Sequence record: SRR20825010_2866 | DNA length: 45,920 nt | Direction: 5' to 3' (one strand) | Part shown: positions 36,718 to 45,920 of the stretch, in pieces | Numbering within the stretch: the stretch's first letter is position 1 | How the letters are laid out: each line of letters opens with the position of its first letter | The notes under the pieces: model-generated | Databases searched by the model: none | What the model saw: only the letters and a program-made list of their open reading frames with translations | Told to the model about the DNA's origin: nothing | Translations under genes and position numbers: made by a program

Positions 36718-37341
36718 TTAAATCCGGAAGGGCTCTGGGTCCCCTTTGCCGACGCGAGTCACCTCCGGCGCATCCCCAGTCATATTCACCACGGTGGTCG
36801 CCTCCAGGCCGCAAAAGCCACCATCGATGATCAGGTCCAGATCGTGTTCCAGAGTTTCCCGGATGTCATAAGGGTCGGTCATTGGGTCTTCGTCACCCGG
36901 CAATATCAGCGTACTGCTCATGATGGGTTCGCCCAGTTCCGCCAGCAGCGCCTGCACAATCGCGTTGTCTGGCACCCGCATGCCAATGGTTTTACGCTTG
37001 GGGTGTAACAGACGGCGTGGTACTTCACTGGTGGCGTCCAGAATGAATGTGTATGCCCCCGGTGTGAAGTTCTTGAGCAGCCGATACTGGGTGTTGTCGA
37101 CCTTCGCGAACACGCCGATGTCCGAAAGGTCCCGGCACATCAGGGTGAAGTTGTGCTTGTCATCCAGGCGGCGAATGCGCTTTATCCGGTCCGCTGCCTG
37201 CTTGTCACCGAGGTGGCAGCCAATGGCGTAGGCGGAATCCGTCGGATACACAATAACGCCTCCCTTGCGGAGAATATCCACGGCCTGGTTGATCAGCCGC
37301 TTCTGGGGCGTTTCCGGGTGAATCTGGAAGAACTGGCTCAC
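36718..37341 (-). CDS. yciO: Sua5/YciO/YrdC-family protein
   Basis: SQFFQIHPETPQ-RLI, YPTDSAY, PGAYTFIL; GTG start overlapping the bolA stop. Confidence 0.92.
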   Translation of the reverse strand: MSQFFQIHPETPQKRLINQAVDILRKGGVIVYPTDSAYAIGCHLGDKQAADRIKRIRRLDDKHNFTLMCRDLSDIGVFAKVDNTQYRLLKNFTPGAYTFILDATSEVPRRLLHPKRKTIGMRVPDNAIVQALLAELGEPIMSSTLILPGDEDPMTDPYDIRETLEHDLDLIIDGGFCGLEATTVVNMTGDAPEVTRVGKGDPEPFRI

Positions 37342-37682
37342 TGGCCACCTCCGGGTGCAAAGGCCGGATCGTTCTTGGAGCCGCCCATGCAATTAGGAGA
37401 ATCAGGCGCAGCCTGGCCGGAACTCTCCCACTCCTGTGGTGAATACACATGCAGCGCCAGGGCGTGGACGCCACCGGCCATTTCGTTCGCCAGTATTTTG
37501 TAGATGGCTTGGTGCCGCTTGACCTTACCCTGACCCTCGAACTCTGAAGACACCAGAGTCACCTTGAAATGGGTTTCAGAGTTCGGCGGCACGCTATGTT
37601 TGTGGCTCTCGTTTTCAACCATGAGGTGTTGACTGTCGAAAGCGCTTGTCAGCTTTTGCTCAATGGCTTGTTGTGTGGACAT
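37338..37682 (-). CDS. bolA: BolA-family protein
   Basis: NESHKH, SETHFK, RHQAIY, GVHALALH, SPNC. Confidence 0.93.
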   Translation of the reverse strand: MSTQQAIEQKLTSAFDSQHLMVENESHKHSVPPNSETHFKVTLVSSEFEGQGKVKRHQAIYKILANEMAGGVHALALHVYSPQEWESSGQAAPDSPNCMGGSKNDPAFAPGGGQ

Positions 37683-37805
37683 AAACAGGCCTGCTCCTGA
37701 TTGAATGTGTTATGGAACAGTCTACTACACCAAACGCTGTGTTACCTTGACAGGATACAGACAAAGCGCCATCTTCCACCCCCACCCGAAAACTGCTTCC
37801 GACTT

Positions 37806-39971
37806 ATGCGCCTGTACATTGCTGAAAAACCAAGCTTGGGCCGGGCAATTGCTGCTGCCCTCCCCGCTCCCCATCAGAAAGGGAACGGATGGATTCGTTG
37901 CGGTGAAGGAAGCAACGCCAGCACCGTTAGCTGGTGTATCGGCCATCTATTGGAACCGGCAGAACCCGGCCAGTACGACCCGCGCTGGAAAAAATGGCGA
38001 CAGGAAGATCTGCCCCTGTTCCCCGGGCGTTGGGAGGTAATGCCCAAAGACAGCGTACGCCAGCAGCTCAAGGTATTGGAGTCTCTGGTCCGCAAGGCGA
38101 AGACCATTGTCCACGCCGGCGATCCGGACCGGGAAGGCCAACTGCTGGTGGACGAAGTCATCCGCTACACCGGTGCCACCTGTCCGGTGCAGAGAATCCT
38201 GATCAACGACCTGACCCCGGCGGCCGTGGCAAAGGCCATCCAGGCACCCAAGGACAATCGTGAGTTTCGCCGCCTGTCCCATTCCGCCCTCGCCCGCCAG
38301 CGGGCGGACTGGCTCTACGGCATTAATCTTACCCGTTTCTATACCCTGTCCTATCAGCAGCAGGGCCAGCAGGGCGTGTATTCCGTCGGCCGTGTACAAA
38401 CCCCGGTGCTGGGATTGGTGGTGGAGCGGGACAACACCATTGAGAACTTCCAGCCGAAACCTTTTTTCCGCGTTCAGGCGACGTGCCACGCGATAGATGA
38501 GGAATCGGACCAGCAATCATTTACGGCACGCTGGCAGCCCTCGGAAGCCTACCGGGAATACCTGGATGAAGAAGACCGTTTGTTGGACAGCGATGTCGCC
38601 AGGCAGATCGCCGAGGCCGTAGAAGGACGGCCCGGCAAAGTTACGGAATCCCGTTTCCGCGACAGGAACGAAACGCCGCCTCTCCCATTCTCACTCTCAG
38701 CCTTGCAGATCGAGGCGGGGCGACTGTTCCGCATGGGCGCGAAAGACGTGCTGGACACCGCACAAAACCTGTACGAACGCCACCAGTTGATTACCTATCC
38801 CCGTTCGGACTGCCGTTATCTGCCGGAAGGTCATTTTGACCAGCGTCAGAGTGTGGTGCAGGCCATTGGCAATGTCGCCGGCGAACTGGCGACAGCCTGC
38901 GAGGCAACGGACCTCAACCGCCGCACCGAAGCCTGGAACGACAAGAAGGTGGATGCCCACCACGCTATCATCCCGACGGCCAGAAAGGCGCCCAATGGAC
39001 GTCTGAGCGAAGCTGAGAGAAACATTTACGAACTGATCAGCCGGTATTACCTGATGCAGTTCAGCGCCGACGCCATTCACCGGGAAGGCAAATTAACTGT
39101 CGGGATTGGCGAACACGCGTTCAGGGCAACGGAAACCGCGGTTCTTCAGCCGGGCTGGAAAACCCTGGAGATTCGCCAGCGGGAAAGCCGACAGGAGGCC
39201 GCCAAAGCGCCCCTCCCTCGCCTGGAGAAAGGTGACCCCATACTCTGTGACTCGATGGACATCGCCGAGCGCAAAACCCAGCCACCCCAATATTTCACCG
39301 ACGCGACGCTGCTGTCAGCGATGACCAATATCGCTCGCTTTGTCAGCGATCCAGAACTTCGGAAAACCCTGCGTGAGACCGATGGGCTGGGCACTGAGGC
39401 CACGCGGGCGGCGATCATTGATACCCTGTTCCGGCGCGACTATCTATACCGGGACAAGCGCCACATCCGGTCAACGCCGAAGGGAAAAGCGTTGATTGAT
39501 TCATTGCCGGAATCCGTCAGCAAGCCGGATATGACGGCCATCTGGGAAGCCACCCTGGAAAGTATTCGCCGCGGCGAGGGCAATCCCAAGCAGTTTATTG
39601 CAGACCTGAAAGAACAGATACGCGGGTTCATCAATACCCCAGAGCAGGAAGCCAAGACTGCCCCACCAAGCGAGGGGCAGCCGCACTGCCCCAAGTGCCG
39701 CGCTCCCATGCGCCAGCGCGAGGGCAAGTTTGGTGCCTTCCATGCCTGCACCCGCTTTCCTGACTGCAAAGGCACACGGCCCATTGAGGACCAGTCTCCG
39801 GCGGATGGCACGGGAGAGAAACCCATTCCCTGCCCGCACTGTTTTTCGCCCCTGGTGCGCAGACAAGGCAAAAAAGGCTGGTTCTGGGGCTGCAGTAATT
39901 TCCCCGGCTGCCGACAAACACTGGATGACGACAACGGAAAGCCTGCGATCCGTTTACGCAACACTACATAA
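37806..39971 (+). CDS. topB: DNA topoisomerase III with C-terminal zinc ribbons
   Basis: IAEKPS, DPDREG, GRVQTP, ITYPRSD, GLGTEATRA; two C4 repeats. Confidence 0.96.
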   Translation: MRLYIAEKPSLGRAIAAALPAPHQKGNGWIRCGEGSNASTVSWCIGHLLEPAEPGQYDPRWKKWRQEDLPLFPGRWEVMPKDSVRQQLKVLESLVRKAKTIVHAGDPDREGQLLVDEVIRYTGATCPVQRILINDLTPAAVAKAIQAPKDNREFRRLSHSALARQRADWLYGINLTRFYTLSYQQQGQQGVYSVGRVQTPVLGLVVERDNTIENFQPKPFFRVQATCHAIDEESDQQSFTARWQPSEAYREYLDEEDRLLDSDVARQIAEAVEGRPGKVTESRFRDRNETPPLPFSLSALQIEAGRLFRMGAKDVLDTAQNLYERHQLITYPRSDCRYLPEGHFDQRQSVVQAIGNVAGELATACEATDLNRRTEAWNDKKVDAHHAIIPTARKAPNGRLSEAERNIYELISRYYLMQFSADAIHREGKLTVGIGEHAFRATETAVLQPGWKTLEIRQRESRQEAAKAPLPRLEKGDPILCDSMDIAERKTQPPQYFTDATLLSAMTNIARFVSDPELRKTLRETDGLGTEATRAAIIDTLFRRDYLYRDKRHIRSTPKGKALIDSLPESVSKPDMTAIWEATLESIRRGEGNPKQFIADLKEQIRGFINTPEQEAKTAPPSEGQPHCPKCRAPMRQREGKFGAFHACTRFPDCKGTRPIEDQSPADGTGEKPIPCPHCFSPLVRRQGKKGWFWGCSNFPGCRQTLDDDNGKPAIRLRNTT

Positions 39972-40085
39972 CGACACTGAAGCGAAATTGCGGATTTGTA
40001 ATAATATGAAGCGGAATTCAATACCCATTCCCCGCCGTCGGCCGGGAAGCCTGAATATGACAAATTTGATGTCGGGAGACGTTTG

Positions 40086-40811
40086 ATGCGAATTGCCCTG
40101 CTTGAGGACGAACATGAACAGGCTCAGCACATTCAGTCTGTGTTGTCCGAGCGCGGGCACCACTGCGACAGTTTTCCGTCAGGCCAGGCATTCCTGAGCG
40201 CGGTCCTTCACCGCAGCTATGATCTGCTGGTGATGGATTGGCAAATACCCGACATGACCGGGATTGAGGTTCTGGAAAGCGTACGTGCGCAGTTGAACTG
40301 GCAGATTCCGGTGGTGTTTCTCACCCAGCGCGACAGCGAGACGGACATCGTACGTGCGCTGGATGCTGGTGCTGACGACTACCTCGCCAAACCCGCTCGC
40401 GAGGCAGAACTGGTGGCGCGCATCAATGCATTGGCACGTCGCACCAGCCCCGATACCGAAAAAGAATCGTTGCAGTACGGCCCTTTCGAGATCAATACCC
40501 AGCTTCGGACCATTGCGCTTCACGGCAACGTGCTGACGCTGACCGACAAGGATTTTGACCTGACCCTGTTCCTGTTCCAGAACCAGGGCCGACTACTGAC
40601 CCGCGAGATGCTGCTTGAGCGGGTATGGGGACTGGCGAAAGACATCAATACCCGTACCGTGGACACGCACATGAGCCGGCTTCGCCGCAGACTGGGCCTT
40701 AATCCCGAAAACGGCTTCCGCATCAAGACCATTTACCAGCGCGGCTATCGTCTTGAGGCCATGAAAGCCTCTGGCCCGGATGAGAACGTACCGGTCATGG
40801 AACAAGCCTGA
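40086..40811 (+). CDS. OmpR-family response regulator
   Basis: LLEDE, DWQIPD, GADDYLAKP, TRTVDTH, RGYRL. Confidence 0.95.
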   Translation: MRIALLEDEHEQAQHIQSVLSERGHHCDSFPSGQAFLSAVLHRSYDLLVMDWQIPDMTGIEVLESVRAQLNWQIPVVFLTQRDSETDIVRALDAGADDYLAKPAREAELVARINALARRTSPDTEKESLQYGPFEINTQLRTIALHGNVLTLTDKDFDLTLFLFQNQGRLLTREMLLERVWGLAKDINTRTVDTHMSRLRRRLGLNPENGFRIKTIYQRGYRLEAMKASGPDENVPVMEQA

Positions 40812-40812
40812 C

Positions 40813-42450
40813 ATGAGTCAATGCGTCACCCTGCGAACACTCACCGGTTTGCTGCTCCTAATCAGCTCCCTGGCGGCGTTGCCAGTACAGGCGGAACTTT
40901 CGGTCACCCGGGGCTCCCAGGCGGCCACTGCTACCCCTGAATCCAATGCGACGCCGGAGTGGATCTATACGGTACGACCCGGTGAACATTTTGCGGAGAT
41001 CGCTGACGCATTGTTGTCCAAGGATATTCCCGCCATTCGCCTGCTACAGCATAACGGCATCGATAACCCCGCCAAGGTGGGCAGTGGAGACAACCTGAGA
41101 ATTCCCCTTGCCTGGCTTCAGCGCCAACCCAACCCTGCGCGGGTCAACTCGGTGACCGGGTCGGTGCAACTGATTTCCGGTAGTGACGGCACCAAACGCC
41201 CCCTGACCAGCGATTCCCTGATTCGGGTGGGTGATGAAATCCGGTCACAGGCTGGCACGGCAACCATCGAACTTGCTGACGGCTCTGTAGTGCGGATATC
41301 ACCGCATTCCCGCCTCGCCTTCAATCGCCTGACGCAGTATGGGAAGTCCGGCATGGTGGACACCCGCCTGCGCCTCAATCAGGGCGAAATTGAAACCCAG
41401 GTGAAACCCGTGATCGAGGGCGGTTCACGTTTTGAGATCGAAACGCCCTCCGCGGTGGCGGCAGTCAGGGGCACCATGTTTACCCTCAGGACTGCGCCCG
41501 GCATGACCGATCTACGGGTTACCGAGGGCGAGGTATCGTTTGGCCCGCCGGGGCAAACACGCCGGATTCCAGCTGGTTATAGCGCCAGCGTTTCAACCGC
41601 AGGTGTGGGCAGAATGAGCATCCGCCGCCTGCCCCCAGCTCCGGAGATTAACCCCCTGCCGCAGCAGTTGAAGCAACTTCCTGCACAGTTGAGCTGGACG
41701 CCCAACGGAGCCAACAGCCATCGCGTGGATATCTTTGATGCCGAGTCCGGCCGCTGGATTAACAGCAGCGAAGTCAGCGACAATGATTTCGATATTAACC
41801 TGCTGGACAATGGCCGCTACGAGATTCACCTTGCCGCCATCGACAATCGTGGCATGGCAGGCATGCCCGGCGTCATGTCTTTCGAAGTCGACCTACAGGC
41901 CCGGACTGCCGCACTGGAACAACCGGAACCAGGCGCGACCGTTAACGACGACATGCCCGAGTTCCGATGGCAGTTGCGCGGCGAAAACGAAGTCGCCCGG
42001 GTGGAAATTGCGGAGGACAAAGACTTTGGAAACACGATTGCCACCAGCGAGTGGGCGCCTGATGAAAGCGCGCTGCCTTCTCGACCACTGACACCGGGAC
42101 AATACTACTGGCGGGTGGTCACCGAGGCCGGCGGCAATTCTGTGGCCACGAGTGAGGCACGCTCGCTGGTCGTGAACGGGACCTTGCCACCGGTTCGCAT
42201 CATCAGTGTCAACTACGTCGATAGCCAGGTAAGGGTATTCTGGCAGAAGGTGGATACTGCAACCGATTATCGCCTGCAGCTGTCTGAAGAACCGGGATTT
42301 AACAACATCATCAAAGAGGCTACGCTGTCGGATACCACTGCGGCCTTGCGCCTCATTCCCGGAAGACGGTATTTTGTTCGCCTGAAAGCCCTCTCTGACG
42401 GTCCGCTCGAAAGCCGGTGGGGACCAGGGAGGGAATTGTTTCTGGAATAA
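40813..42450 (+). CDS. LysM + FecR + FN3-like secreted protein
   Basis: YTVRPGE...LRIP LysM; FEIETPSAVAAVRGT-F FecR; YYWRV, YFVRL FN3-like repeats. Confidence 0.88.
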   Translation: MSQCVTLRTLTGLLLLISSLAALPVQAELSVTRGSQAATATPESNATPEWIYTVRPGEHFAEIADALLSKDIPAIRLLQHNGIDNPAKVGSGDNLRIPLAWLQRQPNPARVNSVTGSVQLISGSDGTKRPLTSDSLIRVGDEIRSQAGTATIELADGSVVRISPHSRLAFNRLTQYGKSGMVDTRLRLNQGEIETQVKPVIEGGSRFEIETPSAVAAVRGTMFTLRTAPGMTDLRVTEGEVSFGPPGQTRRIPAGYSASVSTAGVGRMSIRRLPPAPEINPLPQQLKQLPAQLSWTPNGANSHRVDIFDAESGRWINSSEVSDNDFDINLLDNGRYEIHLAAIDNRGMAGMPGVMSFEVDLQARTAALEQPEPGATVNDDMPEFRWQLRGENEVARVEIAEDKDFGNTIATSEWAPDESALPSRPLTPGQYYWRVVTEAGGNSVATSEARSLVVNGTLPPVRIISVNYVDSQVRVFWQKVDTATDYRLQLSEEPGFNNIIKEATLSDTTAALRLIPGRRYFVRLKALSDGPLESRWGPGRELFLE

Positions 42451-42483
42451 CCCACAATTTCCTGATACCCGACAGCAGGCCCC

Positions 42484-45051
42484 ATGACCCGGAACTGGTT
42501 TCCCATTAAAACAACACCTTGGACGCTGGGCCTGCCACTACTGACATTTTTGCTACTGCTCCAGACGACCTCTGCTCCGGAGCGCCTGGACTTCTGGCTT
42601 TACGACACCCTTATCACCGCAACACCCGCAGAACCGGCCGATGACGTCGTTGTTATCGCCATTGACGAACTGAGCATGGATCGCCTGGGGCGCTGGCCCT
42701 GGCCACGGACAACCCATGCACAGCTCATTGAGAAACTCCATCAGGCCGGCGCCAAAACGATTGTCTTCGACATCCTGTTCCCCGAACCATCGCCGGCAGA
42801 CCAGGCAATGGCCAACGCCATGCAGAAACACGGCAACGTCATCCTGCCGCTTCATCTGTCACCGCCCTCCCGGCACTACCTGATCAGCGAACAACTTCCC
42901 GCCCCTGCGTTGGCGTCCGCAGCTGCAACGCTTGGGCACGCCCACGTGGAGCTTGACGAAGACGGCTTGGCGCGAGGACTTTATCTGTTCAATGGCCTGG
43001 GCGATCAGCTATGGCCCAGCCTGGCACTGGCGGCCTCTGATACACCGTCACCGGGCCCGGAAATATCCAGTGTGCCGCCCTACACAAACGTCAGACAGCA
43101 CTACCGCGCCATTCCAATGGCTGGCGGTGCCGGGACGCTGCCTTCCCACTCCTATACCAAGGTGCTTGATGGGCAATTCGCAAAGGATGCTTTCAAAGGG
43201 CAAACCGTGTTTGTGGGTGCAACCGCACCGGGTTTTGGCGACATCCTGCCCACCCCGTTTTCGGGCCTCAATCAGCCCATGTCCGGCGTTGAGTTCCACG
43301 CCAACAGTTATTCCGCATTGGTGAAAGACGAACTGATATCACGGGTATCGAAGCCTATTGCGATTGGTCTCGCCGTTTTTATCATCGCTCTATTGTCGTT
43401 CACCCTACCCCGCATGCGACCGGCACGTAGCATTTTGCTCTGTTTGACGAGCCTCGGCTTATTGGCTCTCCTGCATGCGCTGCTGTTGGTCGGAGCCAAG
43501 CTCTGGCTACCGATCTCCCACGCCATCGTAATTCCCCTGCTGGCGCTGCCCGTATCCAGCGCACTACGGCTGGCCATGACCAACAGCTTCCTCAACCGGC
43601 AGCTTGACGAGCTTGCCCGCGGGCCCACCATGACCCTCGAAGAGCCGTCACTGAGGCACCCACCGCAACTGCTCAGCCATTTCCAGGCCCTGCTTCAACC
43701 AGAGGGCTGGCTGTTAGCTGAAGGTGATGACGTGATGACGTCTTCTGGTCTGGCCGCCGATGATATCCCGCCACTGGACACCCCGGGCCAATGGCATCAC
43801 ATTGATGGCCAAAGCTGGGTCAGCCTGATACGCAATGGCGTTACCTACAAAATCGGGCTCAAGCTGCCCAACGACCTGAGCCGGGAGGCCATCCAGCGCT
43901 ACCTCCGCCGTTTGCCGCTGTCCAGCACCCAGGAGCCGGTGCGTAAAACGGGGCCAAGGGAAAACATCTCCGCTCGAATCGAGCGAGTACGCGTAGCGAC
44001 CGAGCGCATGAGTCAGATGCAGAGGTTTATCAGGCGCAGCTTCGAACGCATGCCGGACGGCATTATCGTAACCGACGAGTTAGGCGTTATCCGCTTTGCC
44101 AACGGCCACATTGAAGAATGGTTTCGTGAACCCATGCCAAGCCTCAGTGGCCTACCCCTGGCCAGACTTCTGGAGGGACACGACCCACGAGACAATCCGC
44201 CCTGGCATGAAACCGTCTCGGAAACCCTCACGCTGGCTCAGAGCCGCACAGTGGACCTACGGATTCGCGATAAGGATTTCCTGATTCACTTCGCGCCGTT
44301 TTCACTGCCTGACAGCGATCAGAACGGCATTATCGCCAACATATCGGATATCTCGGAACTCAGGGAACAACAGCGCCAGCACCGGGAGGCCATCGACTTC
44401 ATTTCTCACGATGTTCGCTCGCCCCTGGTTTCACAACTTGCACTGATCGAACAGCTCAAGCGGAATCGTGGCCATATCGAGCCGGAACAGCTCGACCAAT
44501 TGGGTCGGCTAGCGAAGCGCAGTTATCATCTTGCTGAAGAATTCGTGCAGCTTGCCAGGGCCGAACAGTTAACCGAAACCCGCTTTTACGAGTGCGAGTT
44601 TTTAGCCATTGTTGAGAACGCCCGCGACAGCGTCAGCGAGCAGGCTGCCGAGAAAGGCATTCAGCTGTTACTTCAGGGAACAGAGGATTTGTGGCTGAAA
44701 GGAAATGCGGAACTGCTTGAACGTGCCGTGATCAACCTTCTGACCAACGCCGTGCAGTACAGCCCATCCGGATCGATCGTCAACATTCAGGTTTTTCAGG
44801 CCGGCCACCAGGCGTGTCTGACTGTAAGCGACGAGGGGGAAGGCATTGCTCCGGAAGAAATCCCCTATCTGTTTGATCGCTATCAGCGCCAGAAAAGCAG
44901 CGAGCTGTCTGGCAATCATGGCACCGGGCTCGGGCTGTCGTTCGTGAACGTTGTGGTCGAAAAGCATCACGGTGAAATAACCCTTCGCTCCCGACCCGGG
45001 GAAGGGTCGGCCTTTACCCTCAAACTGCCGATTGCGCATCCATTGGGGTAA
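42484..45051 (+). CDS. CHASE2-PAS sensor histidine kinase
   Basis: IDELS-x2-LGRWPWPR, FDILFPEP, GVEFHA; PAS; SHDVRSP, NLLTNAVQYS, GTGLGL. Confidence 0.93.
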   Translation: MTRNWFPIKTTPWTLGLPLLTFLLLLQTTSAPERLDFWLYDTLITATPAEPADDVVVIAIDELSMDRLGRWPWPRTTHAQLIEKLHQAGAKTIVFDILFPEPSPADQAMANAMQKHGNVILPLHLSPPSRHYLISEQLPAPALASAAATLGHAHVELDEDGLARGLYLFNGLGDQLWPSLALAASDTPSPGPEISSVPPYTNVRQHYRAIPMAGGAGTLPSHSYTKVLDGQFAKDAFKGQTVFVGATAPGFGDILPTPFSGLNQPMSGVEFHANSYSALVKDELISRVSKPIAIGLAVFIIALLSFTLPRMRPARSILLCLTSLGLLALLHALLLVGAKLWLPISHAIVIPLLALPVSSALRLAMTNSFLNRQLDELARGPTMTLEEPSLRHPPQLLSHFQALLQPEGWLLAEGDDVMTSSGLAADDIPPLDTPGQWHHIDGQSWVSLIRNGVTYKIGLKLPNDLSREAIQRYLRRLPLSSTQEPVRKTGPRENISARIERVRVATERMSQMQRFIRRSFERMPDGIIVTDELGVIRFANGHIEEWFREPMPSLSGLPLARLLEGHDPRDNPPWHETVSETLTLAQSRTVDLRIRDKDFLIHFAPFSLPDSDQNGIIANISDISELREQQRQHREAIDFISHDVRSPLVSQLALIEQLKRNRGHIEPEQLDQLGRLAKRSYHLAEEFVQLARAEQLTETRFYECEFLAIVENARDSVSEQAAEKGIQLLLQGTEDLWLKGNAELLERAVINLLTNAVQYSPSGSIVNIQVFQAGHQACLTVSDEGEGIAPEEIPYLFDRYQRQKSSELSGNHGTGLGLSFVNVVVEKHHGEITLRSRPGEGSAFTLKLPIAHPLG

Positions 45052-45097
45052 CAGCAAGGCCGAGCATACACTTCATGTCAGAGATCCGTTGTCTGAA

Positions 45098-45559
45098 CTA
45101 GATGGTTTTGCTGACCGGCGCCGATGGCGCGCTCATCAGGCCATCAACATCTTCCACCTGAATCGTGAAGTACCAGGTGCCCGCCGACAAGTTCTCAACG
45201 TCATAGCTCATCGTTTCCAAGCCTCCGACATTGTCGACTTGAACTTGTTTGTCGAGGTTATTCCTATCCGTTCCGTACCTGATAACGTAGCGCTCCAAAT
45301 CGTACGGACTTAGATCATCGCCGTTTTCACGATCGGTGGGCGCATTCCAGCTGAGCGACGCCGAGCGGTCAACCACTCCCTCGCCACCACCGCTCGGTGG
45401 TGGATTGCCCTCGGAACCACCTGAGCCAACCCCCGTGCTATCGCCTGTACCTGCAGTGCTCTCTGAGCTACCAGAAGAACCGCCCCCACAGCCTGTGAGG
45501 ACCAATCCTAAAAACAACGCGGCAATCCATGCCTGTGACACTTTGATGACGCGTTTCAT
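45098..45559 (-). CDS. Lipoprotein with fibronectin type III-like domain
   Basis: Lipobox LTGC, Gly/Ser linker, LSWNAPT-RENG, GTWYF. Confidence 0.85.
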   Translation of the reverse strand: MKRVIKVSQAWIAALFLGLVLTGCGGGSSGSSESTAGTGDSTGVGSGGSEGNPPPSGGGEGVVDRSASLSWNAPTDRENGDDLSPYDLERYVIRYGTDRNNLDKQVQVDNVGGLETMSYDVENLSAGTWYFTIQVEDVDGLMSAPSAPVSKTI

Positions 45560-45856
45560 ATGTATTTCACACCAATAAATTGCCGAATTTGTTAAATTGT
45601 ATAAAACGTGGGCAAGTATCGATGTGAATGGTGTCATTTCCCAAGTTACGATTTTGTCAATTTTTCGACAGATAACCGTAATGAAACAACTGAGGATACT
45701 GATTAACCGGGCAATTTTTTGCCCGAAAGGCGATAAATGGCGGTTATTTTTGGTACGAAAGTATTAGATTTAAGGAAAGCCGACTGGATAGGAGTTGCAA
45801 AAGGGTCGAAAAATATGCAGGGCGGAACTAAATCCTGAAGTAGACCGAACAGGCAC

Positions 45857-45885
45857 AAAAAAAGCCGGTCAAAGACCGGCTTTTT
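45857..45885. terminator. Bidirectional Rho-independent terminator after the tRNA
   Basis: A7-GCCGGTC-AAA-GACCGGC-T5. Confidence 0.85.
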
Positions 45886-45890
45886 ATAAG

Positions 45891-45920
45891 TGGTAGCGGG
45901 GGCAGGATTCGAACCTACGA
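45891..45920 (-). tRNA. tRNA 3' portion, probably initiator tRNA-Met (partial; anticodon outside window)
   Basis: Minus strand TCGTAGGTTCGAATCCTGCCCCCGCTACCA: T-arm plus acceptor strand CCCGCT-A-CCA typical of tRNA-fMet. Confidence 0.8.

Noticed and set aside
45891-45920. tRNA as the island's integration site
   Set aside because: Separated from the island by ~10 kb of housekeeping genes; no duplicated 3' end seen.
1-45920. CRISPR arrays, prophage, anti-phage defence genes, intact transposases
   Set aside because: None seen by eye; nearly all coding space is accounted for by the features listed.

Overview
Gammaproteobacterial chromosome segment; gene content suggests a Marinobacter-like marine bacterium (inference). 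Bases <1-~35,930 are a mosaic heavy-metal/envelope island with three modules. (A) <1-25,700: a CopI-like cupredoxin, two OmpR-family regulators, three related sensor kinases, two small secreted proteins, two tandem CzcCBA-type RND pumps (one with a PII-like gene), three unrelated porins and an FG-GAP/VCBS-like secreted protein. Ten copies of one direct-repeat box (TTCAR-N6-TTMAR) sit at matching promoter positions across this module. (B) ~25,870-32,170: CadR/PbrR-type operators ahead of a cation transporter, lspA, DUF3703, czcD, Acr3-like, DsbA-like, CtaG-like and SCO genes, with no MerR-family gene in the window; a ~75-bp IS3-like scar joins it to module A. (C) 32,233-35,880: an NcrB/NreA repressor plus MFS exporter, divergent from a His-rich RPP-ending ORF, a HupE/UreJ-like gene and an anchor protein. 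From ~36,050 the sequence looks like core genome: yciO, bolA, topB, an RR/LysM-FecR/CHASE2-kinase cluster, an FN3 lipoprotein and the 3' end of a tRNA-Met. Best candidates for new biology: the 10-site regulon linking efflux with porin replacement, a box-driven ~50-nt sRNA or attenuator, and a possible metal-responsive stalling leader peptide. All calls are by eye; no searches were run.
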